The notes below the pieces were generated by a model that ran no database searches, was not told the DNA's origin, and was given only the letters and a program-made list of their open reading frames with translations. Below are positions 24,489 through 35,692 of a stretch of 64,000 bases of DNA, in pieces (position 1 is the stretch's first letter; every line of letters starts with the position of its first letter). Made by a program: the position numbers and the translations under genes. The stretch is from Cirrosporium novae-zelandiae (taxonomy: Eukaryota), in NCBI GenBank assembly GCA_026023565.1, contig JAPETS010000022.1, positions 1 through 64,000 of the forward strand, written 5' to 3'.

Positions 24489-26165
24489 TTCCACAAGAGT
24501 CTCGTTCAGGTAATTGTTTTCATTATTTTCTTTGGTGGTTATAGAGATAGGAGGCATGATTAATATAGATGCAATGAGAAGGAGAATTGAACGAACAGAG
24601 AAGGCAATGAACCACCCGAAATACGAAAGTGACGACACGCTCAACTATGAGACAAGATGAACATGAGATCCTAAGGGGGGGTTTAATGAATTTAAAGTGT
24701 TCCGAGTAATGGCACAAATGTCTAATGAGGCAAGGTATCCAGTTGAAGTACATTATCAAGTTATGTTTGAACCACCTGACCATTTTCGTTACATTGTAAC
24801 AATTGCTTAAACCATACCATTGTCTTCTTTTATTCAGTTAAATGGATATAAATTCATTCGACGACACAAAGGATGAAGATAAAAGATATTTCGGTGATCA
24901 AGCTATCAATGACTGGTATTCTCGTTTGTTACCTACATCAACTTAAATATATATCCTTGACTGGTGATCAAGTCTATGAATTATACCTAGCGATTAAACT
25001 TCGTGATCGAATTCAAGAAAGCATCAGGAGACGCCCGGCAAACCTAATATTGCCATTGTTTTCCAATTGTTGGAATAATTGCATAGCAGTCGATGCTTCG
25101 TTGATATTGTTAATTCCTACTTCAGAGTCCTTTATGAGAATTATGAAATTATAGTACTCTTCTTACCATTATTTCAGACATCTCTCCTACGATTTATTTC
25201 AACCTAACCAGTCCAGTTTGACCATCGTGTACGACATCACTTAACCTTCCTCTCAGACCCTCGAGCATGTATATCGATACATCTTCCACGGAAGTCGATG
25301 CCCTTCAATTTACATATCAGAGTACAGTTAGCATTCTCAACTCTTTGTAGTTCCTTGTGGATGCTCTGCGCGTTTCCAGCACCAAGATCTTAGCACTTCT
25401 CGATTATGTTGAACAACACTCGATTTTGATTATGACTAGTAGTGGGTGCTTTGGAAGGATGATTTTGAAATCCATATGCATTTCAAGCCATCGGTGATCC
25501 CTTCAAAAAATTCTCAATGTGGAAAATATGTAAAGGCTAGATGTAAATCGTTAGGAAAAACAACTATGCATTTTTCAGTTGCATAAGCGTACTGTCGGAG
25601 AATGATGAAGTCGAGCTAACATAAAGATCATAGGCTAATCTCAAGCTTCCAGCAACCCTAAGGAGGGGATTAGTAAAGTCTGTGAATTAATATTTTGTGA
25701 TGTAATATTGAAATACTGGAAATGATTTAACGTCGTGACTATTCTGCTGGAGAATATTGAAGAAGCATTTGGTGAAACTAATATGGTTCACCGATCGTTA
25801 TGAAACTATTGGACTACCATATATATCAGTAGAAGCTTATAGGAAGAAACTTGAAATGTTAGCAGACTGGTTACCAGTTGCTACAGTGTACTGTACTACC
25901 TACCATAATGGCTACAAGCAATCAAGCTTAAGCAGACAGGGATAATTAGAATAATTACCGTATACTAGAGTTTATATAATTACATCTACTGAAGCTTGAC
26001 TACCTTTGGCAAAGAATAGCCGTTAAAGATCTCCTGGAACATTTATACTCTATAACAATTGATTACCCTGGTGACCAGCAAAAGCGAACATAATAATTAA
26101 TAATTTCTGTCTTTACCATAATACAACATTGTTCTTTAAGAGGTAGCCGAATACTAGATACGACC

Positions 26166-26180
26166 TCACGTGATTAGGGC
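26166..26180 (+). promoter_or_regulatory. Cbf1-type E-box plus Tbf1-type site upstream of the RPL15 pseudogene
   Basis: TCACGTGA immediately followed by TTAGGGC, ~160 bp upstream of the ATG. This motif pair is known from ribosomal-protein promoters in Candida and other fungi. Confidence 0.5.
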
Positions 26181-26338
26181 ACCTTGATGCAGAAATGGAA
26201 ATTTTCGCGAATTTTTTTCTATTTATTAGACCCCCAATCCAACCAAGAACAATCAATTTCAATTGAAACACCAATACACAAAATATTGCCAAGGTAAGAA
26301 CACTCTTGAAATATTTTTTATTCAAACTAATGGATTAG

Positions 26339-27160
26339 ATGGGTACGCCAAAATATGTAGAGGAGCTTCAAAAGAAGTAACAATTGGACGTTCTCCGCTT
26401 CCCGCTTCGTGTCCATTGCTGGGATGCACGACAAATCCCCGAGAATGGCATAAATGTGGCACTTTATGTGTCTTGCTATACACTCGTTGAAGTTTATACT
26501 GAGAGTGCATTTTAAATATAGTACCAGTAACTGCCAGTCATTCACCGAGCTAGTCGTCCTTCACGACCTAAAAAGGTCCGTCGACTAGGATATAAAGCGA
26601 AACAAAGCTATGCGGTCATGCGCGTGAGACGTGGAGGAAGGAAGAAGTCAGTTCCTAAGAGGGCCACATACGGTTCGAATCTATTACTTAGTGTTGAAAG
26701 GGTAGAAAGACTGACCAAGGAACTTATTATAATAGGGAAACCAGCCAACCAATATGTCAACCAGCCCAAACACCAAAGAACCCTACACGCAACCGCAGAA
26801 GAGAGAGTGGGCCGTCGACCCTCGAACTTAAGAGTCCTAAATGGTTATTGGGTCAATAGCGACTCGATTTTTAAATATTTCAAAGGCATTCTTGTGGATC
26901 CTCAGCACAAAGCTATTCGCCGTGACCCTCGTATGAACTGGATCGGGAATCTTGTCCACAAGGTTTGTATTTATCCAAACATACTTTTAAAGTACATCTT
27001 ACAGATAAACCAATCCTACAGCATCGTGAATCCCGTGGTCTTACTGCTACCGGCAAAAAATCCCGTGGCTTAATCAAGGGACAGGCATAACAAAACAAAA
27101 GCAGGACGGAAGAAGACCTGGAAGAAACATAATACACTAAGCCTATGGTGCTATTGGTAG
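26339..27160 (+). pseudogene. RPL15: 60S ribosomal protein L15 (eL15) unprocessed pseudogene
   Basis: MGTPKYVEELQKK*QLDVLRF..., [56 protein letters not shown]. In-frame TAA at 26378 and 26528, frameshift at ~27083, introns retained. Confidence 0.93.
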
Positions 27161-29770
27161 ATGTCTCCCTATCGGAAGTGATGTTCGAGGACTTCCTTAG
27201 AACAGGCGTTCTAATGTGGTATGGGCTACTTGTGGTTATGTTCAAAACCACAGGGCTGTAATAAAAAAAAAGCTCCTCGTGGGCTATGTCGACGCCAACT
27301 TGAATTGTCCACAAGGTGTTTAGTCATATTGACGATGAATCTTGTACCGGTCTCTGTTATTTCTTGATTTCTTGATTTCTTATATTCCTACATTTCTGTT
27401 TCTATAAATTTGGACAACTTCATGTCCTTTTGTATATGCAGTGTGTCCTTCCACCTGCCGAACCTCGAATATCTGCCCGCCCAGTCTTCTCCTAGCTGAA
27501 GCGGTTCCTGGAACAGAGGAAGATTGCCCTTGCACTTCGCACAGTCCGTCATTCGCAATCAATCCATAGGACTGTGTTCGGTGCAAGCATGGTGGGAATG
27601 TCAACTGAGAAAGCCGACGTGATGATTTTGCATTTCCGTCCGGCGGTTCTGACTCCCTACATAATCATATCTCTTTTCTTTTGTCAATTGTCTTATCCAC
27701 TTTAGTGCATAGTCTCCTCACTGGGATGTCATACGAGAGACAACACAGCTAATCTTGATCGTCCGAGCTGGAAAGGCAATAACCGATGATAAAAACCTCC
27801 TATTGATGGTTCGTGAAGTAGATTCATCCTACGAGAATTCTGGAGGCGGCCGAGTCAGCTGATCTCCCGGCTTATTCGACATAGCAAGGACTAATCATTG
27901 GACCTTAATATGGGGAACGATATGATGGCTGCCGCTTCATGCATTTGGATTGACAGATGGCTTTCTGTTACAACAACGCTGTTGTCTTTCACCGATTGTT
28001 CTGGACAATTTCCGATGGACATAATTTTATTAATCATGCATGATCCCATGCTAGATGGTGTTTAGGATTTCGAGTTAGCTAAGTGGAACGATAGGAAATC
28101 TTAGTCATTGGAGTTGACCGCAATTGCTTGTCAACGTGGTTCGTGATCTGGGAAAGACTTGGATATGGGATGTAGCCATGTTAGGGGAGCTTCGTAATGG
28201 AACAACTGGAGGCGTCCAACACATCAAGATGGGTGTGGAAAAGCGATGTTTCAAAGTAAGAGGGGTTGGGGTGGTCTCTTAGCAAGCAATGAGAGAGCCC
28301 GGAAGGGGAAATGCCGGGGGAGAGTTGGTTAGAAGGTGTATTTTTTGAATCTAATACATTTTTGGAATAGTGGACTGGAACAGGGAGAGCTGGCAATGGC
28401 CTTTCCTTATTTGGCTTAGTTATGTTGTATGTATATATGTGCTTTTGTACAAAATAATTGGCCTAATTTAGTGAGCATAACTAGTCAGATGTGGTTAGAT
28501 GAAGTTTAGTCAATTATGATTTCGGATAATTTCTTTGTGTGAGAGTTTGTGTGGTGAATGAAGAACTTGAGGGACTTGAGGGACGACCTAAGGGTCAGGT
28601 ACGACCAAAAGTCAGTTCAAGTGAGGCTTGATGGGCTTGAGGGCTTGAAGGCAATCTTGGGAGCATCTAGGCCTAGGAGGGCTAAGTCTGCAAGGGCTTC
28701 TACTGAGTAGTCGCGTAGGCTACTATTGTCGCCTACCGACTTACCTTAGACGCGCTTTGCTGTTTCAGTCCAAGGGGCCCTCTCTTTCTTGCCTTTTGTT
28801 GGCCTTGGGAACCTAACCTAAGCCAGAAAGAAAACATTGATGATTCGATGACTGTGTAAGGTGCCTAAGGTAGGTAAGATGGTTCGCAAACCAAACTGCC
28901 TTGCTGCGCACACAAAAAAAAAACACCACTGCCACTAAACCGAGGCAAAGAAAACAATCAATGGATAATGATTCTTTACTCATATTTTTTAGGCATCAGG
29001 ATCAAGCAAGAGAACGAGAGAAAAAGAGGCCATCCAATTGTCCAGTTCAGTCGCCACTTAGGCAGGTTCGGCGTCAAACCCGACAGGCCCCAAAGTGGCT
29101 TTGACTGGCTTTTTCCCAGTTCTGACTCCAAATGAATCCAGCGACTCCAATAACTCCAATAACTTCAATTCCGAACGCCCTTTTCCCTTCGATGAGCTTA
29201 GGCATGAAATCGCCCATATCACTCTCTACCTTTAAGCCCTACCCTGACGTCTTTTGTTTAGCCTATTAAGGGAAAGACTCTCTTTGCTGCCTTCTCCATG
29301 TCTAACTAGTACCAATTGGGTCTGGCCTCCCCCCAAGGCAACTTGGTCACTCTGGGGGGATATTGCTGGCTATGCTGATGACTTAGCATACTGCTATCTT
29401 CCATCATCACTGCACACTTCTTAGTTTATAAGAAGCTATTCATCTCCTCTAGTCTTCTCTCTTTTTTTCTTCAGATCAAAGACAATTCATCTATTGTACT
29501 TACTACTACACTAAGTCTACAAATACTCTCAATCTACCACCTTCATATCATACCTTGTTATCTACTTTGAACCAAACCACTCCTCATCATCACTACTATC
29601 TGAATACCCCACATCATTTTGTTGTCTTCAACTAGTCTACAAGACAAGCAAGACAATCTTCTACTTCTATTTTTCAATCCTCCATCACACTATCTGCTAC
29701 TAGAGCTGCTATCATACAGCTCAATCCTCCTCAAATTAAACACTAAATCTCGACAACAACCATCATCACC

Positions 29771-29980
29771 ATGCCTAACCATTTCGATACCTCTTCTGAC
29801 CGGAGCTCAGCAAGTCAGCAGGGGAAATACCGCCCTACCTCTCGCCGTGGTGACCGTACCAATGATGCCTCTCATAGACCCTCAACAGTAAAGCGTCCCG
29901 TTGTCATTCACAATAACGGCGGCCAGAACCACTCCGACGATAAACGCAGCGTTGACATGACGGCTAATCGCTGGACCTGA
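29771..29980 (+). CDS. Small 69-aa hydrophilic protein of unknown function
   Basis: CATCACC-ATG start context, TATA-like element at ~29427, long C/T/A-rich leader, C-ending codons. Best coding candidate in ~8 kb. Confidence 0.5.
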   Translation: MPNHFDTSSDRSSASQQGKYRPTSRRGDRTNDASHRPSTVKRPVVIHNNGGQNHSDDKRSVDMTANRWT

Positions 29981-32452
29981 ATGGGCGGTGCCTCCCCTTA
30001 TTGGCCGCCTCATTCATCTTTCGAACAAATGTACCTTCAATTTGCGGGAGGAATTGGTGAACATTCTATCTTCGGAGTGAGGCGGTCTAGCGAATGTGGA
30101 ATGTGCGGAGAGTGGGCGAGCGGGCTCTCGCTACTTACGCCATTCCCCGCGTGTTATGATTCGAGATCGATTGGCACCCTCCTTATCGAAAATCGATCTT
30201 GAACTTGTTTCTACTAATACCTCTGTACTACTCGACTCTACAACTGTACTATTTGGCGTGTGTAACGAAGACCAACTATATTCTGGGATCCCAATTCGAT
30301 CTTTTCATTTTTTTTACTGGAGTTTATGGACAAAGGGGTTTGGGAAGGCGGCTACTATGGAGTTATACTACCAATACTGCCGATGAGTTTAGAGTGCCGC
30401 AGTCCGTGAGAGAGCCGCGAGACGCCTGAACGATTGTTTTTTGGATTTTACTTGGGAAAGGGGACCTCCCCGATGGAATGACGAGATGAGATGAGACCGG
30501 TAAATTGTCACTGATAGAGTGCAAGGATCGGATGACGGAATGTATGGTTATCTTGTGAGACGACGATGAGACGGACGGATTGTATTCTATAATCACTTGA
30601 TCAAGGTGGACAACAAACGGCAGCAACATGCGGAGAAGGGAGAGTTCAAGATCAGGGGGAGGCCTGTGAGTTCCCTAGCTTCTGTTCTGGAAAGCACCGA
30701 TGGAAGCTAGACTATGCCGTTTTGGACATGGGGCTCCCCTGTGGATCTTCTGAAGCTGGAGCTTCCTCTGGACCTTCTTCAAGATGGGAATGGAAGCTTG
30801 AACTATTGTACTTTACAACAGCCTAATTAGATTTGTTAATGAACAGTCCCCATTACACGCAAACCTGAAATGTTTTATTCCCAATTAGTAGTGTTTCTTT
30901 TCGTTATCATTGCATGGTAAATGGAATGGTCTTTTAGTAAATTGAACAACTAACCAACTAAGTTGGGGACAGGTAAGACCCGAACAAACTCCATCCAGTC
31001 CAGTTCCAATTCAATCCCACCTCATTTATTGTTGTGTGTTCCACTACCCAATTAATTTTTTTTTTCCTTCATGAGGCCGTGAAAGAGTGAACAAACACAT
31101 CAATCTGCTGATGATGGGTTGTTGTTTTGTTTGTTTGTTTGTTGTTCATTATCCACAGAAGGCCGTGTACAGTTACTTACCCAACCACTAACACCTTACC
31201 TACTTGTAACTAACTTCACTTGGAGTTCTTTTTTATCTTTCTTTGACACACACACCTTTTGCATTTGCATTGTATCGATTTTGCTTTCTCTGTTCTATTC
31301 CTTCTTTTTATCTCTCTCTCTCTCTCCCTTTCTCACTTTTCCTCTTGCAGGGATTTATCTAGTTCTAAACCAAGACCCCAAGACCCAAAATCAAGGCCAA
31401 GACCCAGAAATAAAAATAACCTTTTCGCTTATTTTTATTTCCCGATTTCCGCGATTGGGAATGGGATCCTGGTATTATTAATAGATTTTTATCTGATTAA
31501 CAATAGGATGTGGATGTAAGAGATATTTAGGGAAGAGATGGGGAGGGAAGGGAGAGTGTCTGGATATTGGAATGAATGAAATTGATAGGACGAGGGAAGA
31601 AAAGTATTATGTGTATGATTCTTTCTTTTTTTACTTACTTCTCCACTGATTGATCCACCAGATAATTAGATAGATATACCTGGGTATTTAATTTTAGATG
31701 CTACAGTACTCCGTAAGCCCACGGGAAATAAATAGACTAAATGTCTTCGGATTATTCTAAATAAATCTACGAGGTATATATTTTCTTTATCATTAATTGC
31801 GCCTAATAATAAAAGAAGAAGAAAGAGAGAAAAAAAAGAGGTAATAATAGTAACGTCTCTCTGTCTCTGTCTCTGTGTCGCTGTTTCTCCGAGGTAGGTG
31901 GCGGCCGGGGGGGAAGTTATAGGTGCCGAAAATAGAAATGCGAATAAAAAATAGAAAATAATCTGAAACCAAGATCTACATACACTTCTAGAAACTTATT
32001 TGCTTGCGTGCATGCAAAGAAAGTCTTTCTTACTTTACTTTTTTTAAATGCTAACAAGCTAGTAACATCCATGCATTGTGTATATATATCTATCTTATGC
32101 TGAGTATATGGTCATTTAATCAAAGGCGATATCGAAACAAAAAACAAAAATATTATTATTATTGCAATGTATATATATCTAACATCTTATATCTTATTCC
32201 CATATCTCATAGATGTGTGTGGAATACATAGGATAATAACACCTACTAACACATGTCTCGATCCGAATAAACCAAACCAAACTCCAATCTCATGGGATAA
32301 ACCCCCCTAACACACACACACACACACACACATCGTAAAACGAGGATGGGGAACGCGGAACACGGAACATACATTTCAGGACCTAGAAATTGAGAGAGAG
32401 ATAGAGAGCCAACGTACAGTACAGGCATTAGCAAGCAAGAGGGCAAGAAAGC

Positions 32453-33104
32453 AGGGCAAAACAAGGTTCCCAAACCTAACCCATAAGTTTTCCCTGCTTC
32501 TTCTTCTGTTTTCTCCACTTCTTTGGGATCCCATATTCGTAGCCTTTCCTTGCCCTCTCTGCGCATCCCCGCCCTTAGGCATTAAATCAATGGCATTCAT
32601 ACATTTTATTCAGGGCGATGACGGCGATGACAGGCGGTGGGAGTTTGGGAACTTTAGAGCTGAGGAATGTGTGTGTGGGTGTGTGTGGGTGGGTAGGTAG
32701 AGGTAGGTACTGTACCCAAGTAAATTCTGAAAAAAACAGAAAAAACAAAATCAACCAATACAAATCTATATCCTCACCCACCCACACACCCACCTACCTA
32801 CCTTTCTCCTTCACGTCCATACGGAACATGATTCGAAATATCCCCCCACTCGCTCGTTCGCTCGCCCAAACCAAAACCAAAATCAAACCCAGCCAGCCCA
32901 GCCCAGCCCAGCCCAGCCTTACACAACCTTACATATGTAACGGGGTCCCTGCAGGGCTCAAGGGTCCGCCCTGGCATGAATGGCATGGCAGGCTTACAGG
33001 AACCCATCCACACACACATCCACACATATCCATCAGAAGCAGAAGAAGAAGAAGAAGAAGAAGAAGCAAATTATGGGGTAGGTTTGGAACCCTTGTTCTG
33101 CCCT
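32453..33104. repeat. Inverted repeat pair (34-bp core, 30/34 identity) enclosing complementary GT/CA tracts
   Basis: TTATGGGGTAGGTTTGGAACCCTTGTTCTGCCCT (33071-33104) versus the reverse complement of 32453-32486, extended by GAA/TTC runs. Confidence 0.7.
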
Positions 33105-35692
33105 CTTCCTCCCCTCCTCCAAGGGATTTGATTTGATTTGATTTGTTCTCAAGGATGTCTAACTGAGGTACGAACGAAACTTCCAAAACTTCCAAACTCC
33201 AGATTCCCCGATCACGCCAACCGCCAACCGGCCTGTCATTGTTAGTGTTAGTGGTAGCTCTGTAGTAGCCATTTCCACTTTATTAATACCCTCTACCCTG
33301 TCCTGCTCTGTCCTGGAGAGAGATGAATGAATTAGATTGGATTAGATAGAAGGGGGAGGGGCGCGGGGGTGTGAGATTTTGGGGGACTTGAGAGGCACGA
33401 GGGACAGGGACGGGAGGTCGTTGGTTGGCTTTTATTTTATTTTGTTCTAGAAGGTATTTTTTTTAGTTTGTTTTACAGGGATTTGTTTTATGAATGAGTG
33501 AATTCAGCCATTCAGGTGTATTGTCCATGGTGAGATATGATGGAATTGGATGGGGTTGGATGGGGATGAGATGGAGGATGCTACAGTTCTACAGGTACCC
33601 CTTCCACGCCCTCGTTCCCCCCCGTGTTGTCGAGATTCTAGAAGTAATTAATTCATCCAAGCACAGCACAGCAGAACATAATGACGAGCATTCTCTGAAT
33701 GCCCTATCTGCCCTGTCTTGCCCTGCCTGTCTGCCTACCTTACCTACCCTATCCACATATCCACTAATTAACTGCCTTATCCGCCCTATCTATCTACCAC
33801 CTCTTTCTCTTTTTTTTTTCGCGGGGCTTAGTTAGAGATTAGAGGGTGGATAGGAGGGCATGAGGGCATGAAACACCACTTATTCACTTCTATCGTTCGC
33901 AAGTTGCAACACATGGGGGTTCGCGAGTAGTAAAAGTTACGTCATTGTACAGCTTTACCAAGTTCAGTCTGAGGAGGCCTTTACTTGAAAAGGAAAAAGG
34001 ATAACAATATTTCCCAACCCCATTATTTGAACACCCTAACTTATTAACAACAATTGGCTGGGTTGGTTGGGCAAAAACCATAATCAACCACTTTAACTCC
34101 ATATGTACATATGTAACTATATTCTTTAGAAAAGAAAGAAAACGAGGCAACGAACCGGAAAAGAAAGCAGAAACAAAGAAGATGAGGCTATCTAAGTTAC
34201 AATGGAGTGAGTTAACTTAACTTAGTACTTTAGTCTAGTGTTGCTTGTTTATTCAAAAAGCAGTCAAGTTACTACTGGGGGGGAAAGGAAGAAAGAAAGA
34301 AAGAAAAACATGTGATTGACACAAAGAACGAGAAGAAAAAGGGGCCAGCCACGTGCCAGCCAGCCACTTTTCTGCTTGCCGAGTGGTGTGGTGTTGGGTG
34401 GCTTGCCTGACTTGCTTGCTTAGGTTTGCTTTGAGGCGGTGTTGACGTGGCCGTGGCCGTGGCCGTGTGCTGAGATATTCTTCCAAGTACTGGGGGTCGG
34501 GGAGTCGGGGAGTCGGGGAGTCGGGAAAGTCGGGCAATGGGCTTGTTTCGCGGAGAAGGTTCGGAGAGTGGAAGTGGAAGTGGAAGGGGGGAGTGATCTT
34601 CCGGGGAAGAAAACAAAAGGAACTAATTAATTAATTACTTTCGAGATGATGTTATTGTGTGTGCCTGAGGCAGAATATTGATATATTACCTTCGATGGAT
34701 GGATGAATTGATTGAGTTCCATTCAATTTGGATGGAGAGGAGACTTTTTATTTTTATGATGGTGTTCATGATTCATGTCATACATAATTATGTATATCAT
34801 AAATCCCCTCCCCCGGCCTTTTATAGATCATTCTATCCGTTGAGCGGCGTGTCCCCCCCCTAATTACTTGCTGGTGCAAATGTAATGTAATGCAATGCAA
34901 TGCGATGTAAATCTTAGGTGTATCAAATCCATGTGTAACCCTTTAACCCTCGTATCAATTGCAACACCATATTCTACCAGTATCACCGATAGAGCATAAG
35001 TAGGTCGTCACGATTGTTATTCACACGTCTACCTTGCTCTTAATATCCATCTCTCTCTTCTGCACTGCTTTTTTATGATAGCCTTGGCAGCCCGAGGAAG
35101 CACTTAACTCCCTTGGCGGGATAACACCATTGTTTCCTCGACATGCCCATCAGAAAGAAATCCTTTGCCTTCATATACTCAATGCTCTAATTTATCTAAC
35201 CCGCTTAATTGCGATTTTCCAAGCGATACCGCTCTCTGGTCTTCGTCCATCTCCTCACTATCACCCGTTCCGACCCCGCCTTCATCCCCTATTAACTACA
35301 ACGTCATAATAATACCTAGCCCCTCCTCAATCTATTATACAACGGCGAGGTGGCTGAAAATATATATATGGGGTTATGGCGCAAGGTTCGGGCAAAACAA
35401 TACCACAACTCCCTTTGAAAGGAAGTATCTCCTTGTAGGTAAAACCGCGCAGGTTCGAAACCCACCCTCATCATTTTTGTTAGTCTGAGGCAAAAGTAGT
35501 TGGATTCTGAGCGGTTAAAGGGCTAGAGGAATGCTGAAATGACGATACTTTTGTTTGGGTTTAATCCGTGGCTGTGGTGAATGAATCGGGGCGTTTTTGC
35601 TGATTGTCCCGATAGAGTTGTGCCCTGATATGACAGTCGATAACCTTGAGAAGCTTTGTCTTGAGTTGAAATGTAGATCCTAATTAGCAACT

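Noticed and set aside
31100..34900. Many 60-170-aa ORFs in the low-complexity region
   Set aside because: They are translations of microsatellites and stutters (CA, GAA, CCCAG, GGGGAGTC) with no domain or splice support.
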